Below the pieces are notes generated by a model that did no database searches, had not been told where the DNA came from, and was given only the letters and a program-made list of their open reading frames with translations. The translations under genes were made by a program, and so were the position numbers. A DNA stretch of 64,000 nt, taken from the NCBI GenBank assembly GCA_016748015.1, contig JAAOMT010000328.1, forward strand, positions 512,955 to 576,954. Reading direction: 5' to 3'. Position 1 is the stretch's first letter. The number at the start of each line of letters is the position of its first letter. Positions 11,604 through 24,990 of the stretch are shown piece by piece. The stretch is from Geosiphon pyriformis uo1 (lineage: Eukaryota > Fungi > Glomeromycota).

Positions 11604-12352
11604 TGTTACTCATAAAAAGAAAACAGATATAGAAAATAGCAGACCAATAAGAAAATAGTATTTAGCATATGAGCACATTGCTCAAGAAATCATAGCACAT
11701 CACTTGGAAATGTGAGCAATCTCATAGAACATCAATTATGTATATATAGCAGTAGTGTTAAAAGTAGAAAGAGCAGAATCTTTAGTTAGAAATTTTCTAT
11801 CCTCAAATATTAAATAAATAAATCATCTACTATCCAAATTTATTCTCCACTATCAACATTTCATGTTGATAGTAATTGATACTTAACTACACTGGAACAA
11901 TAGCTCTTGATCACAGCTATTAACAAGATACTAACTTGCATATTGTCTTGGCTCATTTTTTTATTTTCTTTTATTTTTTTTTCTTTCTTTGATTTTTCTT
12001 GTTGAATACTAACAGATTAAGGATTAAAGTGCTGAGTTATTGATGTCATGGATAGTCTGGTAAAAAACCCAGAAATAAGGGTAAAATTATATATATATTA
12101 TCAGATAGCTTACCAGAAGGGCACAAATTCCAGAATAAATCCAGCCACCAAGCTAAGAAAGAAATTGGGAAACAACTTACCAAAAAACTGCAAATAACAT
12201 CAACAAAAGATCTCTGTCCATTATACAAAGGACTCAACTCTAAAACTTTCAGATACAACCAACATACCAGTATCACCAGCATTGTCAAGATATTAAGCAC
12301 CAAGTTACAGATTTGTTATTTGATTTGAGATTCCAAATAATCATCTGTAACA
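11604..12352 (+). repeat. 3' LTR of copy B (749 bp)
   Basis: TGTTAC...GTAACA; preceded by the purine tract AAAAAGAAGAGATAA; TATA-like TATATATA at ~11741. Confidence 0.92.
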
Positions 12353-12890
12353 ACAGTAATTAATATTAATTTATTTTATTTATTTTTTTTTATTTTTTTT
12401 TTTATTTTTGTGAAGTAGCAATATTGAAAAATCAACTGTCTAGGAATAAATTTTGTAATAGCCTGGTAAAAAAAAAAACTTTTATTAAGATTAAATATTA
12501 ACATTATTTTGTTAATTTATTAGAAGAGCAAAAAAACATTGCTAGATCTTAGTAACTATACTCAACTAGCTCAAAAAAAATAGCCTATATATTTAAGCTG
12601 CAAATAGCAAAATACCTCTCTGTGCCTTATAACTAAAAAACTCTATGAGTAAAACTAATAAAAAATCTTCAAAGACTAATATTAAACAACTTACTTTAAG
12701 TATTCAGAATAAAAGTTTTTAAGCTTTCATTATCCAAGTTTAGAGCATCAAATATTATTACAATATCCCACCAAATTTATTCATAACATTTGGTGCTTTT
12801 TGTAAAATTATAAAATTCACAAAGACAAAAAATCTCAGAAATTTACCAAAGTGGTGATTATTAAAACTATTATTTAATTAGTGATAATTA
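12353..12890 (+). mobile_element. Remnant F: 3' half of an older related LTR, PBS and start of internal region (apparent host of copy B)
   Basis: Patchy similarity to the A/B LTR 3' half; ...CATAACA-TT-TGGTGCTTTTTGTAAAAT at 12782-12808. Confidence 0.65.
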
Positions 12891-12894
12891 ATAC

Positions 12895-15800
12895 AGAAGT
12901 ATAAAATTCCATTTTTCTTGGATACCACTACAACTGAAAAAGCTCATTCATTTTTGGTTTCTTGTATAAATCTAAAATTTTTCATTTGGTTTATTTCTTT
13001 TTTAATGAACTCATTATTGTATTGATTAAATTAATAAGATTTCAAATAGATAGAGCAAGTTTTTCTAGTAGTGATAATGTGTTGTATCACATGAGTTTGT
13101 TTAGAGATATCATCTTTTTTTGAAATAACTGGGCTATTTCTAGTCAACAGATTTTCAATGTCTATTTTTCTTTCTTTAAAGAAGAGTTTTTTTTGTTCTA
13201 CAACAAAAGATTAGATTTTAGGTGGTTTATTCTCAAAGAACTTTTGTACTTCTTTTAATTTTTCTCTGGATATTAGGCTAATGGATTTTCAATCTTTGTA
13301 ATAGATTAAGCAGAATTTGCATTTATTACTAGAAGAATACAAGAGTTTATTACACTAGCACTAAGCACAAGAGTTATGTCATCAATAACTGTATTTTGCT
13401 TTTTTGCCAGGTTTTTTATCAAAGGTTTTTCTGAGAATATCATAATAGGGCCAGCAAATTAGCTTGTTATTTACAATAATTTTTTCTTTGTTAGCTTTAA
13501 CATTGTCCAGTGGCTTGTCATTGCTGGTAAAAATAATATAGACAAGTTTAACAGTTTTTTCTTGTTCTTCTTGATTTTTTTTTTCATTGCTTTTTTTATT
13601 ATCTGATTTATCTAATTGCTTATTTTTTTGATTTTGCTTGGTTATTAAAGGGGTTGTTTAATAATAACACTTAACTATAATAGGCTTCTTACTATATCTG
13701 ATGGTTAGCTTACAAAGTTCATAATCAAGTAGTGTTTTGGCTTTCTTGAGCCACTTATTGCCAACAATTATGGTGTATTTTTTTGCTTTAGATACTTTTA
13801 TGTCAGTTTTAATGCTAATATTATTAATGCAAACAGAAACAGCTTTGGCTATACCAAGCACTTTCTTTTTGTTGCCATGTATATTGGTCATTGGTTTAGT
13901 TAAGAGTTCATTAATTTTTCTGCCAATTGCTTTAAGGAAATGTTTGGCAATAATACTGACAAATAATCTACTGTCTAAGATTAAATTAATAAAGTAGCCA
14001 GCCACTTGGGCTTTGCAAATTAAAAAGATAACATTGCTGTTGTTAGCAAGTTCAGCTTAGTAAAAGTGCTTGTTGGTTTTTGGTGTTTTTTTTTTTGGGA
14101 TTAAGAATTTGCAAAGATCTTTTCTGAATTGTGAATGGATCATTAACTGGTTAAAGATAATGTAAGCTAAGGTTTTTATGAGATCTTTGACAACAGAATA
14201 AGAACCAGATTTTTAAACAATTTTTGGAAATTTTAGCTTTGGAGGATTCTTAAAAACTTTAGTCTTTAGTAGTTTATTGTTATTAGCAGTTGATATAAAT
14301 ATTTTGTTTGGATCTAGAATAAAATCAATCTTGGCTTTTTTTTTCTTTTTTGTTAATTCAAAGGTGTTAATTGTTAATTCATCTATGTTATAGTTATCAT
14401 TAGTTAGATTAAAAGTGAAAAAAAGTTTTCTTCTGGTTGGCTTGCACTTTCATTCTTTAGAAATACACCTATCAGTTTAAAAGCTAATAAACAGTAGCTT
14501 TAACTAAGCAATTCTTTCTAAAAAAATTAATGTTGACATAATTAAATCTTTGATTGAAGGTATTGTTGTTGTTGGTTTTGTTGTTCTGGTTATTATTATT
14601 TCTAGAAGCTAAAAGAGACAGAAGAAAATTGTTGCAATTTTTAGAGAAATATCCAATTAATTTACAGTAATAATACACAGATAGATCATGATTTTGTTGT
14701 CTTTAATAAGGGGGTTGCTAAGGCTGATTAAAACAAGATTCAAATCTGGATTTTTGAAATTGTTAATTCTTTCTAATTGCTTGGGTTAAGAGCTCTAATA
14801 GTCAGACAAAATTGGCTGTAAGTCTATCTATCAATTGTTCATTGGGATCTGAAGTCTGAGCAGTAAAAGAAGTGACAGTTATTTGAGGAACAGAAGCCAT
14901 AATAGGAGCAGAAACAAAAACTAAAAGTATAGATCCTAAGTACATTTTTTGGTTGTTTTCAAATCATTGGGCAAGTTTAATGGCCATATCTATTGTAAGA
15001 TTGTTTTTTAGAACCAAAAGAAGCCAAAGAGCATATAAGAAATCAGTTTTTAATCTTTTTGTAAAGAAGTAAATTTTTTGCTCTTTTGTTCAGTTTTTTC
15101 TAAAGTCTATTTACTTGATTAACTTTTTAATTGCTTTGGCATATTTGGTTACAACTTTACTGGGATCTTGGGTTTTTTTTTCTAATTCCATGTGCCATTT
15201 AAATATCAGGATAGGAGTTTTAAATTTTGTTTCAAATTGAATAATAAAAGAAGTGTTGTCTTTTTTAACATTTGCTGGTGTTTATCTAATGATTTTTTGC
15301 TAAGCATTGGCATTGGTTTTTTGTGAAAACCAAATAGCAGAAGAGTTTTAAAGGTAGTCACCAACAATTTGGAACTTGTATTTATTATCATATTAATTGA
15401 CTGTGGCAGCTCTTTCAAAATCATCCAATCATTTGATTAAATCTTATGTATTATTTTTGAATAATAGTAATGAAGTGTTGTTTTTTTACTCTAGAGCAGT
15501 TTGTATATCCTGAAGGGCAGCCAGGATGTTTGCTTGTATAGAGTTATTAGCCATTGATTTAGAAATAACTGTTTGTATAGATTGTTTTAATTTACTTAAG
15601 AAAAAATTAAAAACAGAAGCAGTTTAATAACTTTCTTCTTCTGTTTTAAAGAAGGTTTCAGTTAACTGGTAGACAGCAATTCAGATGTGAATTTGGTGAT
15701 TCAGGTATTTGAAATCAAAGGACTGTTGTTCAAAAATTGTGGAATATAAAAGCTAATTGATGTTGTTGTTTTTTTTCAAAGTTGTCTTTAAAATAAGCTT

Positions 15801-16768
15801 GATCAAAGTAATAAGTTGTATAGGCTGTGTAGATTTTAGCTGAATGCTTATTCAAAAACCAGTTCTAAAAGTCTTGGAATTGTCTATTGGATTGTTTTTC
15901 AATAAAGAAACAAATCAAACAAGAAAGCAAAGAATTGAGTTCAATAAAGTCTAGATTATTTTTGTTGTATGCTTTAAAGTATTCTTCTAATTGTTGTAAC
16001 AAGTATAAATAATTACCCATATAATAAAAAACAAAGTAAATTTTAACAATTTTACAAAAAGCACCACTTTTATTTTATGAGTTGGAGTAATAAGCTAATA
16101 GATAGCAAGAGAAAACAAGATTGTAAGGTGATAAAAATAATCAAAGAGAGAATTACAATAAGGAAGTGAATTAAATAAGTAAAAATTCAATATGTGTAAT
16201 CAGTCTCATAAAAATCACAGTTACAAATCTTTTCTGAAAATCTGAAGATAAAAAATAGTCTATAATTGTTAACAATAACACTACTGCTATTATTTTATGC
16301 CTTAACTTGGCAATTCTTAAAATCAATAACAGATATTATTGTGCTTTTAAATCATTTCTTTATTCAATAAATCACAAGAGCAAGCAATTGCTTCTTAGGC
16401 TAATTCTAACAATACAAATCAAAAAAAAAAAAATAAAATATGTAAATGCCAACAAGTAATCTTTTATTTCAAGATGTTCAAATATTTAAAAGTAAAAAAA
16501 AGTGAATAAGTAATATAAGAGAAAGTAATTAATAGTGAGTTTTATTTTATTACTTTAATTATGTCTTTTTATAACTAAAAAACTCATCATTTATATAGCT
16601 ATTGAAAGTAGTTAATAATTAGATCAATGATTAAGTTATTAACCAAGTAAATAATCAGATTAATAATTAGGTCATTAATTACTATTTAAAAATAAGATGG
16701 CTAATTATATAATATTAGTGGCTAATACATATGATAACTAATAAAAAATATGGATTTTAACCATAATA
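12895..16768 (-). mobile_element. Ty3/Gypsy family C, 3'-truncated: LTR 16073-16768, PBS, gag with CCHC knuckle, protease, Cys/His-rich segment, start of RT
   Basis: YYCKLIGYFSKNC knuckle; LILDSRLFVSII...IVGNKWL protease; colinear with the inverted copy at 54480-57349. Confidence 0.85.
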
Positions 16769-17500
16769 ATGCTGATATTTTTGCCAGCAAAAATGGATTT
16801 AGACACACCAATATTGTAAAACATTAGATTAACATGAGAAATATTAGACTTATTAAACAATAAACTTATTAAGTAATCTTAATGAACAATAATCTGATTA
16901 AACAGAAAGTACAACAGATGCTAAATAATAGATTAATCAAAGAATTATTAAGTTTTTAGTCCTTTTCAGTAGTATTGGTTACCAAAAAAAACAGAAAAAA
17001 ACAGTTCTATATAGACTACTAAAAACTCAACAGCATCACTCAAAAAATAGCTACTCAACTCCTTTTATTCAGAAAATTCTGGACAATCTAAAAAATAAAA
17101 AATGGTTTTTTTTCTTAAACTTAGCCAGTAGATATTGGCAAGTTGAAATAAATTCTAAAAACAAAAAAAAATGGCATTTACTATGTAAAACAAAAACTTT
17201 AAATTCAATGTAATGCTCTTTAGACTTTACAATATTCCAGCTATTTTTCAATATTTTATGAATGTTGTGTACAAAAAGATTCTCTGAAAATTGGTTGTAG
17301 TATATCTGAATGATACTAATATGTTTTTGGAAACATTTAACAAGTTTTTAATTATCTATAAAGTACTAGATTAAAACTTAACTCAGACAAATGCTTTTTT
17401 GAAAAGATTAAACTAAAATTTTTGAAAAAAATAAAGTAAAACCAGATCTGGACAAAGTAAAAAAGATTAAAAACTTTTTGGCCTTAACCAATTTATATTT
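16769..17500 (+). pseudogene. Degenerate Gypsy reverse transcriptase fragment
   Basis: Manual translation: DIFASKNGFRHTNIVKH, VLVTKKN..FYIDY, LNLASRYWQV, VVYLNDTN (17303-17314). Confidence 0.85.
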
Positions 17501-17899
17501 TATTTCAATTAAACTATTTGTTTATAAATAATATAATAATAATAATAATTTTTTTATTTTGAATTTTTAACTTAATTTAATTAATATTCTGTTTACAAAG
17601 TGTATTTTTTGGTTTAATAACAGTTTTTTTGAATATCTATATTAATATATTAAGTTTTAATAAATAAATTTAATTATTAATTTAGTATTGGCTCTTTAAA
17701 TTACTTTAGTTTTTGGCTATTTGATAAAATAATTTATTATAATAACTATATATTTATTGTTTTTAGTAATAATAAATAATAATTTAACTAAGTTAATTAT
17801 TTAATTATTTAATTTTAATTAATTTTAATAATTTAGTTAATCTTATTTTTTTGACAAATGTTATAATATTATATTTATTAAATAATATTTGAATATATA

Positions 17900-20800
17900 T
17901 TTTTTTTATTAAGTTTAATAAGTGCAGCCCAACTACTACCTAAATACATAAAACCAAACAAATTCTATATTAAGTATGGCTTATATATTTTTTACACATG
18001 ATCAGCCATTTGAGCCAGTCAAAGCAATACTACACACTAAGAACACCTGTTATAAGAAAATCATGTAGAAAACCAAACTGCACACTATGCAATTGAGGAT
18101 AGAGACCAAAACATGTATGTATATCCAGTTTAATGCCAAAATTATGAATCATGCCACAGAACCAAACTGAAAACAAACCAGTTACTATTGAGACAATAAA
18201 TTTATCACATGGCAAAAGGCTATATTTCTCATAATGGGCTCTTAGTTTGGCTCTTGACAACCAGATACTAGATCTATAACACTCAGCAAAATGGCAAACC
18301 AGATCAATGACCAAAGATTCACTCTTTGAGTTATTCTCCAACAAATCTTTTGCATCAGTTACCCAGTCCTTCATCATAAAACCTTTGGACAAAGACATGT
18401 ACAGACAATCCAAGCTTACAGTTTCATGAAGCAAATAAACTACCACACTACTGGCAGCACATATGTCCAACAAAATTGTCCAATTCTTAATGGCATCCAT
18501 AATTAAGTTCTTTCAGGTGTTAAAATCGAAAATACACACAAACATATAATTTGAATCCTCTAAAAGTTTACAATGAATGCACAATACACTAGGATAATCC
18601 AAATCATATAGTTTCTTTCTTTTGGCCACAAGCAGCTGATAATACAAGACTTTTATGAAGTACAAATGGAGTGTTGCTAAAGCAAAACTCGTGTAACCAG
18701 ACCTGATCCGACCATCCACATGTTATACATTAAAAATACAATGCTTATCTACTAAACTGCTAAGTAATTTATCAACCATACCACTTGCATACTTAGATTC
18801 TCACCCTATGAAATTGACAGTTTCATAAAGCCTCCTGACTATGTGACAAGTGTTGCCAAAAAGAAGTCTGTCTTCTATGCCAAGAAAGTGGTGTAATATT
18901 ATGACAGAAAAAATAGAACTAGAACCTGTAGCAGCATCAGTGAAAAAATCAGCATGTTTGTTGCTAATAACACCAGAGTGGTCCTTTACCTTGTTTTAAG
19001 TAACCAACAGATTTTTTGACAAAATAGCTTCATAAATGTACTCACACTCCATCCAGCATTTTTTTCTGAAATCTGGTCTGACACTTCTTAGGGCCATAGT
19101 ACATAGATTCAACAAAACCTGACTATCAGTAAACAACACTACCAAGCTATGAATAGAGACACAGTCTAGGACAAGAACAATGGCCTGCATTTTTGCAAGC
19201 ATAGAAGACAGCAAACTGAGAACTCTAATACCAACACTAATGTCAGCACTAGGGAAATAGGCAGCAGCACCACCACATGCATCAGAGGAACCAAGATCTC
19301 TAACCGAACTGTCAGTGTAAATAGATATAACATCAAAATCTTCTTATCTTAAACAATTCCTGACATAACCAGCATTGTATGAGCAATAATTGGAAGAGAA
19401 AAGTCATGACAAATCATTATCACCAACTAGACTACCAGACTTAATAAAGCTTACCAGAGAGATGAACCAACCAGAAATTGGTCCTTTAGGATCTAGTCTC
19501 TTTCATCTACAAAACATATTTCATGTGAAACACCTGCTTTGATGGTTCAAAAGCTGGTCCACATAGATTATTCCAAATCTTCTCAGTAAATCCACCACTT
19601 TCATGTAAACACTCAGTCCAAGAATATCTGCAGCAGTGATATCTTTGCCTACACAAAACACATTAGTTGCACAACTTCCCAAAGACAGGCCATATGACAA
19701 AAGTATGTTTGTAATGTCTGCCAAAAAACAGTCCACAGGATTGATCAAAAGTGTTATCAAAAAATTGAAAGGGTTTCAGAACAGTCAACTAACAGCCTGT
19801 AAATCTATTACATAGTGTTTGAACAAGTTGCTGAGTATACCCACAGAATTAGCAAAGAACACAAAATTGGCTAGTGAATTTTTGGCCAGAAGCTACTTGA
19901 AAAACACCAAATTATATAAATTAGGGTGATAAAAAGCCTTATTGGGAAAGTTTTTGGGAAAGTTAACCTTGATTTTCAAACTCTTTCTCAACAATTTATC
20001 TCATTTTTCATACATATTAATAGAGACATAACTAAATTAGAACCTATAACCAATGATGAACTGTAAAACAACAGAAACCAAATACAAAAATTGTTTATCA
20101 GAAACTGTTTTCTTCAAAACCAAATTCATAAAAAACTTTAAGTCCAATTGTGCCTTGGCAATACTAGAGCAAAAAAGACCCTCTATTGACAAAAAAATGC
20201 CCAAGTATTTATAAGCCTTGTATTTTTTTGCTATTGTGATATCTGATCCACTAATTACCAGTTGAGGATTGATGACTCTTTTATTGATTGGTATAGTCAC
20301 TGTTTTATCTATGTTGATTGAAATGTCATTGATGTGAAAAAACTCATTAACAACATTCAAATAATTTGGGTCACAGCCATGTTGTTTTCAATCTAAATTG
20401 TGTCATCCACAAAGACTTCAACAGCCATGAAAGACATCTTGCTAGTCCTAAGATCTGGCTTGCCAGTGCATATAAAAAACCTGAATTCCATTCTGTAGTC
20501 ATATGCATAACTAAACTTTTTGACCTTACAAAGCAAAAAATCATAAAAAATTCTCTATAGCAATAAAGAAAAAACTTCTTTCTGGTTAAGTCTATTATGC
20601 ATTATGTATTCAGATGTGAGCCCAAAATTTATCATAATATGATTTACTCAACCATTGTGAATATTTTCAAAAAACTTAATGAACTGAGGACACATCCTGA
20701 TTCTAGTCAGACTATTTTTTAAGTAATGCCATCCAACAGAGTCATATGCTTTGCACATGTTTTGTAGCACCAATCACATTTCTCTGTCTTTTTTTAGAGC

Positions 20801-23800
20801 ATCTTTAACCACTGAGCCAACTGCAAAAATTGGAGAAAAAGTAGATGTGTCTTTCAAAACTGAAAAGTTGTTACTCCAAAAAACATCATACCTGCTACAT
20901 GCCAAAGAGATCCTGTCTGAAAGCAGCTTGGATAGAACCTTGCAAGCAGTTTCGATTAAAGCAATAGGTCTAGTGTTGGTTAGAGTATCTTTTCAATCAT
21001 ATGGTTTTGGTATCATGGAGACCTAGACTCTTTTCTATTACATAGAAACCATCATCAACTCCAAGCACAGATTGCAAATATCCAACAGACTACTCAAAAT
21101 CTTCTTATTACTATGCTTCCACAGTTCATTGAAAATACCAGAAAGCCCAGCCACTTTACTATTCAATAGATCTCTGACCACCAATAACAACTCATCCAAG
21201 CTGAAACTACACATAACACCTAAAAAAACACTGGTGTTAACATGAGCCAAAGAAGCATATTGAGTTGACCAACAATCTGACAGAACACTAGGCACGACAT
21301 GTTTTTTTGTCCATCTTTCTATAATTGTATTAATGTTTGATTTGACATTATAAGGATCCAGAATCAGATTATTGTCTACTATCAGATAGTCGAGCACCAT
21401 CTTTTGAACTGGCCATTCCAACACATTTCTAATTATGTGCTCTTTATCAAAGCAAAAATTTTCCATATGTTTATCAATTGCTTTTTTAATGGAGTCATTC
21501 TTAGCCATTCTGAATTCATAATACTTGAATTTATGGTATTTTTTCCTTATACCAGTCAGGTGATGAAGAACTATATTAGCCTCAACATTAACACTAATCA
21601 AGATCTCAAATTTGGAAGCCTCAGTTTCATCAAGATCAGACCAAGTATGTAAAAGGCGAATAAAACCAACAGTACAACCTGTACTCAAACTCTTCATAAT
21701 TTTTGCTATTAGAAGTTCTAACTTGAGAAACTTGGAAGAATATTTGTTTCTTGTATACTCAAAATTACTAAACCAATGTTTAGAGAAAGTTTTATCAGCT
21801 AACACTATCATAATCTCCCTCAAAATGTCCCACATTGTATCCAAATTACCAAGGTCTTTTGCTAAGTTAAAATCAGACAAAACTGAAACAAACTTCTCAG
21901 ACGAGCACTTTCTGAACTGCAACCATTTACCAGTATCAGCATTCTTGATTTTGAACTTTCACTTGTCCCTGTTGGCTTGTTTGCATAAACTATTTAAATT
22001 GGCATCTACAAGACCTCTCAACCCAATTAAGACTAAAACTGCTTTATGATTAGTGTTAAAAAATTTCTCAACAGAGCCAATCTTATGGCCAGCAACAGCA
22101 GAAGACAAACTGCTACTAACAAAAATAAAGTTAATAGTTCTCTTAATTTCTCATAAGTTAGACTATATAAGAATCTTGATTAGCTCATGGCCAACAAATG
22201 AATTCACCAGACCCAAATCAGAACAAAATCTGAAACTCACATTCTTTCCATTTCTGTTTTCATTAAAGTCCCCATCTAAGATCACAAACATGCTGGAATT
22301 GACAGCTTTGGCAATGAAAGAATTAACAACTAAAGCTTAGCTAGATCTTGATTCAATAGAGACATTAACATATAAACCCAAAACAAAAATTGAAATCTTG
22401 TCCTTAAAAAGAAGCTGAATTAAGATAATCTACCCAGGAACCTTCTCTACTTTTGATACATGTTGAGTCAGACATTTATTCATAATAACTGCCACTCCAG
22501 TCCCAAAAAAACTTTTTTTCCAATCCAGAAGTGAATATTTGCACTTCATCAAATTTTTTTATAATCCATGGCCTAACACTAGACCTTAACTTGGTTTTAG
22601 TAATAAAAGAAACCATATTACCAGAACTTATGTGCCACTATATAACATTATCCTGTTTAGCCAGAACATTTATGCCACAAATGTTGCATGTAACAAATTT
22701 CCAAATTAAATCACTCATTGAGAAGAAAAAGAGGCCAAAAAACCTAAACCAGCACTAATCTGCTCTAACTTTGTAAAAACTGAACTGACAAAAGTTTTGA
22801 AAGCCACCAATTTTGATTTCAAACATCCCATCTTGGCAGTTAAAATTTTTGAACTACTTGAACCCAAAGTCAAAGTGCCAGATAAGACAGCAGAAAGAGA
22901 TGAAAGTACCAATCTAGGACCATCCAGAACCATATTTGAATCTGTATTTCCATTGGCAGCCAATGAGACATCAAGACTGTAGGGAGACAGAATGGAAACC
23001 AGAGGTACTAATTCCATACCAACAAGTTTGCACACAAAGCCAGAAACTTGATCTGTCAAGAGCTTTAAGAAGCATTTCAAAGAAGCCAAATAAGCAATCA
23101 AGAATGAGTTAATAGCCGAAATTGAAGAAAAGCCACCACCCAAACCTGAGGCACCAGAGAGAAAAAAGCTAGAATCAGAACCAAAGTGAGGATTAGAAGA
23201 AGAACCAGAACCAGCAATCGAGACTATCTGGGCCCAAAATTTGCCACCAAAGGCAGCAGAGCAAGAAATTAAAACATTTTTCTTCTTATATAATTTGGCA
23301 AGCCAAAAATGGGTTTCTATTGAAGCAACTCTTTTATAAGCTCTTTTCAACAGCTACAGAACAGAAACATCTGACATATCACACTTAAGAGCCAAATGTT
23401 CAAAATGCTCACATTTTTTACAATGGACCAAATTCAACCTAGTTCAAGATAGTTTTACTCTGCCAAAGATAAACTTCATGTGAAAAGCAGCATCCAATTT
23501 CTCTTCAGAGTCAAAATCAACCACAGCATAGTAAATCCTATTACCAGTTTCTATAGATCTGTTTATGACACAAGTTTTTCCACCAGCCCTTTTCAAAAAA
23601 GTCCTAAGATTATGTGTTGTTGTTTCTATTGACAATGTAAACAAAAGCACTCTGAACTGATCCCTAGATGCCCAAATCTCATGATCTTCCACAGCTTTGG
23701 CTATGGGCACAGAATCTTTCCCAATCAGAAAAGACTACTTTGAGGCCAACAGATTGGCTTGCTCTAATTCAGCAAATTTCACTACAGTCTTTTGCTACAT

Positions 23801-24722
23801 TCCAATTAATTGAATTTTGATTAACTTAATTTCTCTAAATTTGGATACTGTGGCAATGATCATGTTTTTAGGTGTATTCATGAGAATTTTTTTGATTACC
23901 ACAGCCTGATTTGACCTTATTTCTTGTTTTTTAAGATTGCTGTTTATGTAAATTCACCTTTTCCTGGCCAATAACGTGGCTTTTTTCATGCTTTTTTCTA
24001 AAGTGAAGGTAGATTGGATGATCTCTTCAAATTTTAAGGGAGTGGTGGCTCTTTCAAAACCATTGACTGAAGAAAAAAATTTTCTGATAAATTGAGTTTT
24101 TACTGTCACCAATTTTTTTTTTACAGCTGATAGATTAATGTTCAGAGCAAAAAACTTCCTAACAGCAACTTCCACTTAAGTTTTAACAATTTTAGGGTCA
24201 ATCCATATCTTATCTAAAGAAATTGAGAAGCAGAAAAAAAGAGAGACTTCTTCATTATCATTCATAACAAAATTAGGTAATCCAAGTGAAGAGCCAAAAA
24301 CAGCACCAATATTGATACATTTTGCTTTAAAGGCATTGGCAGCCAAATCCAAAAAAGACCCAACATTGATGCTAGTCATATTGGCATCTTTTTCATCATT
24401 CAACAAACTATCCACATTAAAGAATACATTGACACTATGCCCAAATTTGTTCAAAAAGATATCTTTTTCATTACCTGAGTGTTTAACATTTTCAAGTACA
24501 ACTTTTTTCTTCTGTAAAAAGAAGCTACCTACAGGATCATAAAAAGCACTCTTTGATGCTTTCTTATTTTTAGACATGTTACCACTAGAAGCAGCCTCCA
24601 AGTCCATAAAAAAAAAGTTATTTGGGATAGAAATTGTGAAGTAAATTAACAAGAAAAAATAAAAACTTCTTTTTTCAGAAAAGTGCTCTTTGGGAATTTT
24701 TGGATGTAAGAGAGAAAAAAGT
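17900..24722 (-). mobile_element. Full-length degenerate LINE L1: ORF1 ~24607-22715; ORF2 22718-18030 with APE endonuclease, RT, RNase H and C-terminal Cys-His finger
   Basis: WKFVTCNICGIN endonuclease start, GDFNE, PIALIETACK, FVDDT, YTDSS/FTDSQ RNase H, CIHC finger; A-rich tail. Confidence 0.9.
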
Positions 24723-24990
24723 TTTTTTTTTTTCCTTATTTTTTGAATATATTATTAGTTAATAATATAATTTTTAATTCTTTTAATTATTATTTTATAA
24801 TAAAAATATCTCATTATTAAATCTAAATATATATAAAATAAAATGTTTTTTTTTTGTTTTGTTATTATTTTTATTAGATTGTTTAATTTTATTAGTTTTT
24901 AATATAATATATTTTAATAAATAAAATAGTATTTAGATTAATAATGTGTTTTATTTTGTTTATTCTAAGATAATTTTTTTTAAATTATTG

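Larger units (their letters stand above)
5452..12352 (+). mobile_element. Ty3/Gypsy copy B (cut at its 5' side by copy A): protease, Cys-rich domain, dUTPase, RT, RNase H, integrase, 3' extra region, PPT, 3' LTR
   Basis: LILDSRSAGS; DAGFDLRY; RT VMPFGL and YLDD (8695-8706); RNase H TDASDQ; integrase zinc-finger region, GIDLV...VERFNRTL and GPF-like motif; PPT 11589-11603; LTR 11604-12352. Confidence 0.95.
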
